DNA of 64,000 bases, taken from NCBI GenBank assembly GCA_977016875.1, contig CDRNST010000213.1, positions 806,001 to 870,000 of the forward strand, written 5' to 3'. Made by a program: the position numbers and the translations under genes. Origin of the DNA: Pavona decussata (Eukaryota). Positions 26,101 through 39,004 of the stretch are shown one piece after another (position 1 is the first letter of the stretch; each line of letters opens with the position of its first letter). A model generated the notes under the pieces. The model was not told the origin of the DNA. It was given only the letters and a program-made list of their open reading frames with translations, and searched no databases.

Positions 26101-29100
26101 CGTGGCAAAGTTTGCAAATGTTGATTTCATTTTTATATTTCCGACAAATTGCAATTTTGACATTATGGACATCTACAGCATGCTTTTTAGCCCCTTAGAA
26201 GATTTCAGTCTTTCCTGGCAAAACATGCAGGGAACATATGTCAAGAACTACAAAGTACCAATATCAGATTTCACAAAAATTCATTGAATTTCTTGACATA
26301 CGTATACGACACCCAATCCTTTAGAATTCAGGCGAGGAGGCGATCTAAGGACCCTTTTATATGCACTCTTTTGATTAATTTTATAGGCTCTTAGTTTGTT
26401 TATGTCTCCAATGTGTGTTGCCATCATTAAAAAAAGTTATAGACTTTTTGTAGTAAGATTTGGTCATTAAGAACTTACCTGTTGTTGGTGTGGTTTTCTT
26501 CTCACATAGCCTGCCATGGGTGTTCTCAGGACAAACACAGAAAAAGGTGTCTTTTCCTTCAATACAAGCCGCTCCATTCAAGCATTTATTTGGAACACAG
26601 CTATTTGGGAGTTCGCTTGGAGATGGAGGAGCCCCTGAAAAAAACAAAAATTGATTGGCTTACACTAGGTTGTATTTCATATATATATATATAAAACATT
26701 TCGCGGTAACTGCCTTTTCTGTTGCAAAGTAAAGAGTATTTGTTTTCTAAAGTACAACCAAATGGCTGTTGACCAGTTTGTAAGCTGCACGGGAAGAAAG
26801 GTCCAATTCAGCCAATCGTTTTTTTCAATTAAAGCCTTCCACCCATGATGAAAGATTGATCTGAACTTCAAGATATTGAAAAGGGGAGGGAGAGGGAGGG
26901 CTCAAGTCACCCTTACGACAGAATGTCCCTCCACCTTTCAACATTTGAGTTTCAAAACAATTTAACGTATTTTATAGAGTAGACCAGCACTAAAATTTTA
27001 GGGAAAGGGGTGGGATATCATCCCGTTCTGTCTCAACCACTTTGACCAAGATTGTAGTAGTTTGAATTTCATATAAAAATCTTGTTCGAGTTTTCCCTTT
27101 ATTGACTTACTTGCTGGAGGTTTTGGCTCGTTGCATGTTATCCCGTCTCCAGTGTAAGGGGGTTTACATTTACAGATTCCTTTGTCGCAAAATGCGTGCT
27201 TCTTGTCACATTTATCACACTTGTTCTCTATAGGGTAAAAACATCAATGCGTTTATAAAAGAAAAATGTTTTAAACGCTAACCTCTTTGGAAACAAGCAA
27301 AACAAACAAATAAAAAAAGCGACAACAAAGTAAATAAAATTCTCTATCTTCTTTAAGGAAGGACTAACTTAAATACCATATTGTTGCTATGGAAAGTTCC
27401 AAATTGTCATATCTTGGAAACCCTAACTTTCAAAGAGAGGTTATTTGGACCATAGTTTTCTAAAAGATTTTAACTTATCGAGTCACAACCATATTTGGCA
27501 GAAAAAGAAAAAAAAAACCAGAAAAAGGCCTAAAACTCAAACGGCGTACGTTTGAAAAATGAAATCAGTGCCTATTGTAAAAGCTTACCAAGGTGCAAAA
27601 CGTGACCTACTGATTGCTCAAAATTTGAATTTTTATAGAATTTATGACGTCATAAGCAAGTATATTTATCCAATCTCGTTTGTAGCAACAACGAAAACAA
27701 TAAATAATGATGTCAGGTTATAAAGAAGGTCGTGACAAAAAATTGCACACAGCATAAGTTTTTCATATTATTTGTACGTCGCCTGGCTACGGTGTATAAT
27801 GCATATTTCCTTCAGCTTACCTGAACAGGTAGGGCCTTGATAAGGAACCGGACAAGAGCACTTTACTTCACCATTTGTGAATTCACATTTCCCGCCATTT
27901 TTACAGGGATCCCTGTTTACGCCGTCTTTTGGTAAACATGGATTATCAACTGAGGGAAAAAGAAATGATCACTAGTTAGCCATGACTGTTTCTCACCCTA
28001 CCGAGTCAGCAATGTCTAAACCAATCAACGTGTAAAAGACTAGATTATATCTATATCGTTGGCTTACTCAACCAATACCCTTGGTTAAATGCAGTTAAGG
28101 TTAATGTTTTGGTGAAACTGTTCGTAACATAACTTTAATTTAGTTCAACGATTGTTGATTTGTTTACAGGTAGCATATGTGTGCAATAATAAAGGAACTT
28201 TACTTACGAAGACAGCTTGGGCCTTCCCATGGTTCGTCGCAGTTGCATCGCGGTACGTTGTTCGTGACTTCACATCTTCCGCCATTATGACACTTGAAAT
28301 TGAAGCATGGATCATACTCTACAGGTAAACAAAACATGCTTGTTTCGAAAGGGTTTATCTAACCACCCCTTCTGAATGCAGTACTTAATTAACGAGTGTC
28401 GCTTGAAAAAAACCTGTTTAACCTTCACATTCTCAAAATTACGTTTGAAAAATCAAATTCAGTTGGGGCAAGCCTTACGTGAAGACACTACATCAACTGA
28501 TATTTCAAATCTCCGGCGAACCACTTAACATTATGGTGGAAAATATGTCATTGGCGAGTTTAATTGTCTGTCAGCACTTGCTGGAAGTGAGGGATGTGAT
28601 AACATATGAAGGTGATGGAAATAGGGTCCGCAGCAGTGGGGGAACAATGGTGACAGTGCTGGCAATTGTAATCTACCTTTAGCGTACTTCTGGTTCAAAT
28701 CTCCTCCTTACTCTTTGGAGTTTCTTTGGGTTCTCCGCTGTTCCTTCGCCATGGAACACCAAATTTTAACCTAAACTCTTACAGTTTATTAGCTTATGAT
28801 TGCTAAGTATTCACTCTCGTTTAACAAAGTCGATGGACTGATTTAAGTTACAGCATTTTTACACTAAATAGTACCGTGGCAGTGTCGTCCGTTGTAACCC
28901 TTTGCACACTCGCACCACCAATCTGGCTGATGTGGGTCAGTGGTTTCCTCCTCGCGGCACGTGCCACCATTCTCACACGGGTTTGGATGGCAGTGGGACA
29001 TTTCTATGAAATGTGCAAAGCAAAAGCTACGGTTACAATACAAGCTGAAATAATTTTGATCCCGCGTTGTTCTGTAAGTTTTGTGTCAGCTAGAAGCAGT

Positions 29101-32100
29101 GATTTGATATGAGTAACTGTAACCAGTAATTGTGTCTGCAAGGACGACCGTGACACAATAAAAGTACCGGATCCTGTAGTAAAGGATCTAATCAGCAACA
29201 AATTGTAGGAAAAATAATCCAAAAAGAGCAAGACTGTTAAATATTGGAAAAGTTTATTCTGACCGTGATATCAGTCTTTTTTAGATGATTTGATAGGAGT
29301 TGCACTAGGCTGTTTTAAAAGCTAGTAAGCTCGAGCGTACTCACGTGGACGACAGCTTTTCCCGTCACCAATGTATCCTGGCCTACATGAGCATTTACTA
29401 TAAATGCAAACAGCATGGCGGTGACAGCCATGACAACTACTTTCCTGAAAGAAATCTAAGACATAAAATTATTTTAAAACACCAAACTAACAGTGTAAGA
29501 ACCTAGAAGGAAAATATTTGAGTTTATGCTGAATGTTACACAATTGTTAATTATAATTCTTTCCATCTTCTGGTTGCTGGTTGCTCGGATCCTATCTTAA
29601 AAAATTTTTCATCGCCCCTTCTCTTTTAACTACAACTTACGCTCACAGCGGGATCCTGCTCGTCCTGCGGGACACAGACACGTATATTCCTCACCCTCCG
29701 GAATACAGTGTCCACCAAATAGGCAAGGGTTGGTTGGACCGCAAGGTAGACTAGAGAAAGAAATTGAGGCAAATCCTTTTTCTGCAAGGAAATAAAAATA
29801 AATTTGAGTCGTATTATTTTATATCATCGAACTAGCGTAGTTTCTGTATTGGAAAATATTGGCCAAGTTGTTTTCTTTTCACCATCGGCTTTCAAAACAA
29901 ACAAACAAACAAACAAACAAACAAACACACATTTAACGTGCTTTTAATTTAGCTGTAAAAGGTGGACTGTAAATAAAATGTAACCTGAGCAATACCTACT
30001 TGCGTACTAGTCAGATATTTGTCCGCAAGGTGGTTTTAAGTGTGGAGTCTGAGAATCAAATCCCTGAAGTGATGCCACTGACCAGTGAAGGATATTGCAT
30101 AACGAGTTTGTTATACTCTTATAATTGGTTGAAGCATTTGTGCCCGTGAACAAAATCGAATCCAAACAAACTTAATCAAGAAGTAAATTTACTGTCACAG
30201 ACTATCATTTTGTGCAACCTCGTAATTTAGGAATCTGTTTTGATGGCTGTGCCATATATGTGACTGTTAAAGGCCAACTTTCATACCTTCAGAATCGTTA
30301 TTCAACATGCATGCTCCTTGAATGCATGTCGATGGACTAGGACAGTTGTCGCATGCCGCCTCTTCTGTTTTCATGCAAACCGTGCATGCATTTTGCAAAA
30401 CAAAAAAGAGTACAATGAGAACAATGCGCAAATTATTAAAGCAAAGAAAGGCTACAACAATTAATGGCAGCTACTGTTTATTAGGCCAAGTTGAGAAACA
30501 GAGAAGGGAAACAAAGCATTTTCAACTTGGTCATTCAACTTTACTGCTTGTCATAAAATTGCAACGCTCCACTTTTACTATCATGGGAAAGGTGATTGGT
30601 TTCAATTATCCAAGTACTTTGGTTTCATTACTGGTATGACGTATAAGGAGTTGCTCTTTAATATAACAATAAATGCTTTTGTGAATTAAGTAATTTTCCG
30701 CCTTTAGTTCCCTCCCTACCCTCCTCTTTCCCCATGTCAATTTTATACTGCAATTACTTGAATTGGGGAAGGGAAGAGGTGAGCATAATGTCGTTGTCTT
30801 CTTTTTTTCAATTTTAGTGTACTTCTAAGTATTTCCGAATCTGATTGGCTTAGATTGATCACGCGACATGATAATCAGTTCAACCGCAGAGACATTACTA
30901 CCGTACTAATCGTTCGCGGAAACTACTCCATTTTATTTTCTAATGCATTAACAAAAAAAAATTTTTTTATTGTGTCTCTGGCTCGTATGTTGTTTATTCG
31001 TCTTTTCCATGTCGACCTTTCACCTTAAAGTTCGGACTGCCAGATTCAATAACTCGCGGAGAAAAAATTAGCTAGTGGTGGACGATAAAAACGAGTGCAG
31101 TTCGTGTTTACTGCGACTATCGAGCTGTAAGTTGCCTCTTGGAAATTTACTGTTCATTAAACATTAGCATATAAGTTATGAACATCATGCCGGCAAGTTC
31201 ATCAGTCGATGGTCCCTTGACAAAAACACTCTCTTGCTTAAATGCTTTCGTCTACTGTTGACAGAGGTCCGCAGGAATGAAATCTGGCCTTGTAACGGGT
31301 GACATATAAGAATATTAAAAGTGTCTTTTAAGGAAATATCATGATTCAGGGTATGGAATTATCCTGCTGTTACAGTTACAACCGTAATCACCTTCACATC
31401 CCAGTCCTGTGTATCCAGAGGTACAGTAACAGGAATATTTGGATGGATCGTAAATATCGGCGATACACGTAGCGCCATTATGACACGGATAGCTATCACA
31501 GGCTGTGCTTGTCTCCCTCACTAAAAGAATTTTGACCAAGGATATATCAAAATAGTGTTTATATATCATAAAATTCCGCTTTCATTAGGGTGTAAGCACA
31601 AAATACTGGCAGATTTAGATTGTGGAAACTGTTTCAAAATTATATTAAGTTGGATGTTGCTTTATTTTACCTTCACAATTTATTCCGTTGTAGCCATCTT
31701 TGCAATTACACTTGTAGCCAATAAGATTCTCAGTGCACACACCGCCATTTTTGCACGGGTTTACCGGTAGACATTTTGATTCCCCTGAAAATAAAGGAGA
31801 TATGTATACTTTAGGTAGTTGCTCCTATTATGTTAATCAGTGCTCTATAATAAGTTACAATAATTGTAACACGAAGAAAGTTCGCTTTTAATCACCGGAG
31901 GAAAAATTTTCATGTGCTAGAAAAATTAAATGCCAAATCAAAAGCATCAATAGTAAAATATTTGCGGGAGCTATGAATTTTATAGTATAATATGATTAGA
32001 TGTATTAATTTTCTTCCTTTTGTCTCTTGCTAATTAATCTTAAGAAACAATTAATTAAGATATAGATCCCAATTTACCTTCTGTCTTTTTAGCTCCTGTA

Positions 32101-35100
32101 CTTATTCGATTAACCGCCCGGGGCGCCTTTTTAATTTTGGGCCCATGAGGGTGGGCGCTTATTCGAGGTGGGCGCCTATTCGAGGGTGGGCACCAAGCAA
32201 GGACATTTATAGAGAATAAGAAAACAAGGGATAAGAAGTTTATTTTGCTTCAACAAGACAAAACAAAGTGCAAAAGCTGAAATAAACCAGCTATTAACAA
32301 TACAACGTTCACTGACTATCTAAAACCAATTTTGGAACACAACTGACGCTCCTCTTTCTTCACGCTGGGCTAGAACAGAAGCAATGTTTTTTGTTGGGAA
32401 GGGGGTGGGGTGGGTGCTTATTCGAGGGTGATCGCTTATTAACTTTTTGGGCTTTCAGGGCGCTCATTCGAAGGTGGGCGTTTAATCGACTAAAAACGGT
32501 ATAAATCACAGATGGCGTCAAAATGTGGTAAGAACACAGAATTGGCAAACGATCAGAAGGCGGCGTTAAGTCAGTGATGTTCTCACCACATTTTAAAGAC
32601 TTCTACGATTTTGAACTGAACTGATGAACTAGGGCAAAATCGAATCTGTTTTTTTATACAATAATAAAGATATTTCGATCATTTCATATAAACTGAAAAA
32701 AATTGTAGATTATTCCATGCGATTGTGAACTTCAAAATTAGAGCAATTAACTCAAAAGAAGCTCATAAACGATTTTTGTTTATTTAAAACTAACCTCGAT
32801 TTTTGTTCGAAATTTCTGACCAAAAATAATTTATTGCAGCTATTTTACAGTGATTTGTGATAACTCCTCGCCATTCATCACTTTTCTCTCCGGTGAAAAA
32901 AGTTGGAGACATTTTTCTTTTCGCCTTACAGCAACATTCCCGTTTTTGAGAATGATGTATTAATCAGTAAATGACACAGGTATACTCGGAAAAAAATCCG
33001 AATGCTCCTATCAAGAGTCGAACCTGAGACCTTCCGATTACTAGTTCGGATGCTCTACCACTGAGCTACAGGAGACTCGTGGGAGCTAAAGCCATTACAC
33101 TAGGTTCATGGGACAAACTGCATACTACTATGCTTGGAATGTCAATGTGTGGCATACGAATAATGGAAATAATGTGATGGAATATGTTTAGCCTGACGAA
33201 TAAACGAGAATGATATATTAATTAGTAAATGACAAAGGCATACTCGGAAAAAAATCCAAGTGCTCCCATCAGGAGTCGAACCTAAGACCTTTCGAGAACT
33301 AGAAATCGGAAGGTCTGCTATTGTCTGCTACGAAGGAAAACAGTTGAAAAACTTTGTTGAACAGTTCTTGGATGTGAATAATATGTGTCTGTCTGGGGAG
33401 TAGGGATGGCACAGTGATGATAGAACTCGCCTCCCACCAATGTAGCCCGGTTCGATTCCCGGACTAGGCGTTATATTTGGATAGATTTTGTTGTTGGTCC
33501 TCGTCTTTTCTCCGAGAGAATGGTGATATCAACAATCACATTGCTGAGCATCATTTACAAACGAACCACAGAATCGACTGGGACTCTGCCAAGTGCATTA
33601 CCTACAGTACAAATTACTATCAACGACTCACTCTGGAAAACTGGTTTACTCAGACGCCACTCAACCGTTTCCTACAACTGCCTACACCAATTGACAACAA
33701 CAACGAAACAGACAAACAATAGACATTTTACTAACAATAGACCCACGGACTTTTGACTAACAAAAGACTGATCGAAACCCACTAATCACTTTTTAGTCTC
33801 CACAGCCAATAACATCACGGCTTACTGACAAACGACCAATAACATTTCGACTTTGTTGAACAATCAGGTTAACAACCAGAGACGTATATACTACCTACTG
33901 ACGTTCCACAATTCACTTGACTTTGGAGATGACTTCCGCTCAGGTTGTCGAAACGTCAGTCAAAGTCACCACAAACAGTCCTTCTAAGGACTACACTCAC
34001 CCGGATGATCATAATTTACGTACTTATGACATGACTCCTGGGTTCAAACCATTTACAGTTTTACATAAATACCTTGGACGAGGTGTATAAAATCTAACTA
34101 TCGGGATTAACTTCTAAAGTCAAGCATTTTAAATCCACCTAAAATACTTTTTGAACGACTGATGTTTGTAGTTACGCTCGCAAATCAATCTGATACAAAC
34201 CCATTCAATAAAATGTGGGTATATTAAACAAATAGGAATATATAAGCCACGAGCACTGATTCACTCACGCTCGCAGTTTTTGCCCATGAATCCAGCCACA
34301 CATGAGCATATGTAATTTCCAAGATTTTCTGTACAAACTCCTCCGTTCCTGCATGGATTTGGTTCACATCTGCTCTCAACTAAAACAAAAGTGTGAAATT
34401 TTAGGCTCAATTACAGTTAAATTATACCCTTTAATACTTCTCAAGAACTAAACAGGTCGCGAGTTCATCGAGGGACTGTACATTCAAGGTGTTATGTAAT
34501 ACATATTAACTTTCCCCTGGAGAAGCCCCTATAGCTCACCATCTAAACAGTAATCAATATATAAACCATTATGACGATTTCCTGTCTTAAATCTCCCAGT
34601 GCTCGTGTCTTTGATCATTTCATATAATTAGTACATTGATCAGTTTTTAACTCTGTTAGGAATCTATTTGTCGTTTAAATTTTCTATACACCAAAATTTA
34701 GCTTACGGTCGCATCTCTTTCCGTGGAATCCAGTGTGACAAGTGCATTCGAAATCGTCGGGGAGCTCGGTGCATTTTCCAAAGTTCTTGCATGGGTTTGG
34801 GTTGCATTTGCTTTGCACTGCAGAAGTGGAATATCATAACATAACCATGTCAGAAACACTTTAACCGGACTAGTTGTTAGCACCTATTTGGCCTTCACAG
34901 TAAGCCATATAATTGCATGTAACTGAAGTGAGTTTGAAACGTTTTGTTGAATCATAGTGTTTGGTAACAGTTGGGACTAAAAACAACCAAGTGCCTCTTA
35001 CGAATCGTGAACACTTGTGTGAAAATATGTCTGCATTCATGGGGGAACTTAGTCTGCGCGCTAAGCGAAAACCAAATATACCATTAACGGGTTAGATGCC

Positions 35101-37618
35101 CTAATAAACCGTAAACTCTTTCAACTTTATTCATTGATGCCATGAAGTGAGAACTAAATATTCAACAGTATACAAAATGCAATAAATAGCAATTTTCTTT
35201 CCTTTTTGTGTTCTGGTAATAACTTCCTTGAAATATATTACAATATTGCCTCCTCAACACATCACTAGCATGAAATAGGAGCCAGGGGGGGGGGGGGGGG
35301 GGGAAGGGGGCGCAGATGCTCTCGCTTCACACCAATATGGCCCATATGTGGAATGAGTTTGTTTTTGGTTCTCGTCCCTGCTCCGAGGGTTTTTCTCGGG
35401 GTTCTCCTGTTTGGCTTTCTCCTCAAAACCAACATTCAAAAACCAAAATCCAATTCGACGTGGAAACAGTGGATGAAAGATCCATTCTCTGGAAGCCCCT
35501 GAAATTCACATTTATTATTTCTAAATAGACTGAAGTCGGCCATTATATAGCGCATGAAGGGAAATAGATAGTCAAGGATGGATAACGTTTTCAGGTTTCA
35601 ACGAACAACCTGGATGAGAAATCTTCACGCAGAACAGGGTTGTGGGAAGGGGGTATCGCCTGAAGTGGAGTTCATGGTAGAAGGGCTCTTTTAATGTCGC
35701 ACCTACTTTCTGGAACAATTTGCCGGACGATGTAAGGTCCTTGGCTGACTTGGAGCTAGGTTAAGAGGCTCTTTCTAGGCATTCTTTTTAAATCGTAATT
35801 AATGGAGTTTTAGTCCGATCTTAGCTAGCGCTGTTTCTACTATGTAGAAACAGCGCTGCATAAGTTATTATTATTATTGTTGTTATTCAGTATTTTATAA
35901 TATATTATCCCAATAGTCCTAATTCATATTTTCAAACATTGATATATAAAAAAAAGTTCTTTGACCTTGACACCTATCTCCCTTGTATCCAACTGGACAG
36001 ATGCATCTAAACTCGTTAACCACTGCTGTGCATGTACCTCCATTTCTGCACGGGTTGACGCCGCAAGGATCGATCGCTAAAAAAGGGTGAAAGTAATCAG
36101 TGATTCACACCTGCGGTTCCCAAGTTTACGGCGAGGTAAAACTATTCGCAATCCTTGGTCTGCACAGTATTAAGAAAAAGAAAAAATAACCCCGTAAAAT
36201 GCTGATTAGTAGCAACTGGGGCTTAACGAACAGCCTTCATTAAGATCTGAACATCAATGAGCTATTCAAGGTTCGTAACAGGCTAACAAGGAAAACCCGT
36301 ATAGCCCTTTGTTTTAATTTCATTATTTTTACTGAACATTTTCTTACTCCTTGATACCTTTGCAAGCTTGAACATGGTTATATGCGAGAACACCCTTTTT
36401 CAAGTGCCACGTTTCCACCTTGCTTGCTCGTTACCGCTAACACTCAAACGTACCTGGCGCAGAGAAGTCTCCGTGATGAACAATAACAAACGGTGGAGGT
36501 CTTGGTATCATGACTGGAACTGGTACTCTCTGCGGTGGTAATGGTAGTGGCTGGCGCAAAACAACAATCCTAGAGGGCCCGGGTATAGGCATTGAGAAAG
36601 GATTCTGGAAAGGTCTTTTCACAACGATGATATGCTGCCTGTGATGAGGAAGTCGCTGAGAAAGAGGCTGAGGTCCTACCTCAAAGTGTCTTTCTTGTGC
36701 CGTCATTCCTCTGTTATCCGCTGAACTCTGACCAGCATTTACTAGTGCATCATTGGCTCCTTTAAAGATCACGGGCGAAGAAAGGTATCTGTGAATCGGT
36801 GGACTAGGATATCGGTGCTCAGCTGGCAAGAACTTGTGCACAGCAGGAGCATAAAAGTGGGATGGATGAAAGGCCCGTATTTCAGAGTTCGACGCTACCG
36901 GATCTGCGAAAAAGTTATCAGGATTTGTAGCTAGCCGCATCTCCTCATCAGAAGTTACTTGGTTATTACCGTTGTCTAGATAGTTTGGGCTGTCATTTTT
37001 GGTAAATCTTTCGGAGATCCGCTGCCGTTTTATTTCCGCGGGCACAGTCCTGCTGGCAGATTTTTTCAAGGTACTTTGTTTTGTAGTAAACCTATCACGT
37101 TGAGATTCCGTCTTCCGATGGTGAGATAGTTGTGATTTTAACCTTACTCTGTTTCGAGATCTTTTAATTAAGCCGTCATCCGACTCCTCTAAACTGTTCC
37201 CTTCCCAGCGTCCATTCTGTTTTAGTTCTTTTACGGGATCTGAAATTACATTCCGTCGTTGGTTTAAGCCATGTTGTATTTCATGTTGCAGCTGCAAAGA
37301 CTGTGCTTTTGATTTACCATCTGTAGGGAAGCGTGTCACAATTATTTCCCTAGGAACGTCAATTTTGTTCTTGAAGCTGGTTTTAAAGTCACCTCTTTTC
37401 TTCAGTTTGAAACCATGTTTATTTCTCGCCGAATACTCCGAAGAATGTTTCTTAAAACTGTTTTGTTTTTGCCTTGATTGTAACGATTTCGTGATGATGT
37501 TATGATGACGGTCTTTTGACATCCCCTTTGTCTTTTTAAGTAGAGTCATTTCCACAGAACCGACGAAGAGGACACAAGCTAGTGAGAGTAGAACTCTAGC
37601 CCAAGTCTTGATCTCCAT
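22801..37618 (-). CDS. Gene C: secreted ~1156-aa multi-EGF protein with signal peptide, basic pro-region, His/Pro-rich block, 14 EGF, two 4-Cys half-EGF modules and a C-terminal WSC-like domain
   Basis: 19 exons, all GT-AG phase 1: 37618-36454, 36076-35966, 34817-34707, 34379-34269, 31784-31671, 31520-31392, 30364-30287, 29781-29641, 29455-29345, 29003-28875, 28318-28208, 27949-27821, 27227-27111, 26634-26479, 25868-25743, 25359-25261, 24533-24426, 23668-23561, 23117-22801. The total is 3471 nt and in frame. Signal [23 protein letters not shown]. No transmembrane segment seen. Confidence 0.85.
29896..29925. repeat. (AAAC)n microsatellite
   Basis: Direct reading. Confidence 0.9.
32094..32502. 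mobile_element. MITE-like element with inverted ends and internal gggcgc(t/c)tattcga repeats
   Basis: Ends t(a)ttcgattaaccgccc / gggcgtttaatcgact. Several gggcgcttattcgagg-type units inside. Confidence 0.65.
33004..33075 (-). tRNA. tRNA-Thr(AGT)-like sequence, probably a tRNA-derived repeat or pseudogene, in a ~260-bp tandem unit; partial second copy at 33221-33316
   Basis: The minus strand reads TCTCCTG-TAGCTCAGTGGTAGAGC-ATCCGAA-CTAGTAA-TCGGA-AGGTC-TCAGGTTCGACTCTTGA-TAGGAGC. It has A and B boxes and an AGT anticodon but imperfect stems. The flank 'agtaaatgaca.agg.atactcggaaaaaaatcc' is duplicated. Confidence 0.5.
33396..33516 (+). mobile_element. 5' part of a tRNA-derived SINE
   Basis: ggggagtagggatggcacagtgatgatagaactcgcctcccaccaatgtagcccggttcgattcccgg has Pol III A/B-box-like motifs. 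The body resembles 35320-35510. Confidence 0.7.
33517..34042 (+). mobile_element. Penelope-like retroelement 3' fragment (GIY-YIG C-terminal region plus pLTR with a degenerate hammerhead at 33917-33963)
   Basis: The translation [39 protein letters not shown]...PLNR fits the 'AEH...H.IDW...R...E' tail of Penelope GIY-YIG endonucleases. The downstream part is homologous to 8176-8493. Confidence 0.8.
35320..35510 (+). mobile_element. tRNA-derived SINE, internally deleted, preceded by a poly-G tract
   Basis: ctcgcttcaccaatatggccc...gagtttg...ggttctcgtccctgctccgagggtttttctcggggttctcc matches the SINE at 33396. Confidence 0.65.
35676..35890 (+). mobile_element. LINE (CR1/L2-like) 3' end remnant
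   Basis: Encodes an [13 protein letters not shown]-like RT C-terminal motif, followed by a stem-loop (agcgctgtttctac-tat-gtagaaacagcgct) and a (tta)n tail. Confidence 0.5.
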
Positions 37619-38873
37619 TTTGCGACCTTGGTCTTCTACAAAAACCAAAACAATTTCGTACAATCATTTCCCCTCCATTTTTGAAATCTTAGGCTTTGTC
37701 TTTCTTAACTTCTTCTTGAAACATAATAAATAATACATTACCCTCAATGGTTTTCAAGTCCATATGACCTCATGGTATCTAGACATGCACTACTAGACAA
37801 GAAGTTAAAATTTCTCTGTTGAAACACTGGTAATGCGTGAGACAAAAATGACCCAAAAGCCACAATCCGTCAAATGATGAAAGGCAATCTACAATGTGCC
37901 AGATGTCATAAAAATAATTATCAACTGCTCTTTCTAATTGAATTACCAAATGCGAGGTGTGATTGTTTGTTTTTGGTTTTGTCTTTCTTTCTTTCTCCTC
38001 CTAATGTTATTGAGTACCTGTTGAATTCTTAAACAATCTTTCGATGTGCCAATAAAGCAACGTTTATTTAGGTGAATCATAAATGTGAGACAAAGTTTTG
38101 CTTCAATGACTATAAAGAAGTCACTGACGGGTTGTATTGTATTCCGCATTCGGTAGGCCAAACATCATTACTAAGTTTTAAGTTTAAGGTGCATTGTAAA
38201 GGAGCGCTTTCTCTCTCGATCTAAACTGCTTAAACATTTGACAAAATACCTGTGCCCTAACATAAAGTAGCTGTAGACAGTTCCCAGGGATTTCTCCAAA
38301 ATGCACAGAAACTTGAGAAAATAGGCCATTTTTTTCAAGTTACAATCCCTTCGAACAAAGTCATCCTCAACCTTATTTTTGTGCATTAGTCTGATAATTG
38401 TTAACAAAACCGAACCACTATTTTAGCCTTTCCGTCGATATAAATATATTCTTTGGCTGTCGAAAGTGACACTAAAACAGGTGACACTATCTCTTTAAGT
38501 ACATGGGTCATTAACTGGTACCAAACTAACAACACTAATTTTCCTCACCAAGTTCAAATCACACGGTGAACATTATCCAAAACGAATGCTCATATTTCTT
38601 CCTAGGTACGAAAAGATCCCGCTGCATTTGTTTTGTCTTTTTTTTTTTCAAACAGTCAAACGTCACAGTATAATCTGTAAGAATAAATAGAAAATAACAA
38701 ATTTTTAATCGGAGGATAGCACCAATCTAACTCGAGGTTAATTGGGGTGACTGATCCCTTATTCGCGCTCGTACGGCGGAAACTTAAATTTTGTGCTCTG
38801 GCGCGGCCACTCAAAACAAGCGAAGTTTTTCGAGTTTTCGCTTCAAGGCATATTCTAAACTGAATAGAAAGTG

Positions 38874-38974
38874 AGCCATGTTGTATTTCATGTTGCAGCT
38901 GCAGGGACTGTGCTTTTGATTTACCATCTGTAGGAGAGCGTGTCATAGCTATTTCCCCAGGAACGTCAATTTTG
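38874..38974 (-). pseudogene. 101-bp orphan duplicate of part of gene C exon 1 (37267-37367)
   Basis: Aligns without gaps, about 8 mismatches by hand. [33 protein letters not shown] versus [33 protein letters not shown]. Confidence 0.85.
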
Positions 38975-39004
38975 CGGTCTACCCGTACCGCCAACAATTT
39001 AGGG

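Noticed and set aside
28479-28770. Coding-looking His/Pro/Cys stretch on the minus strand within a gene C intron
   Set aside because: Stops in all frames relative to the plausible splice sites.
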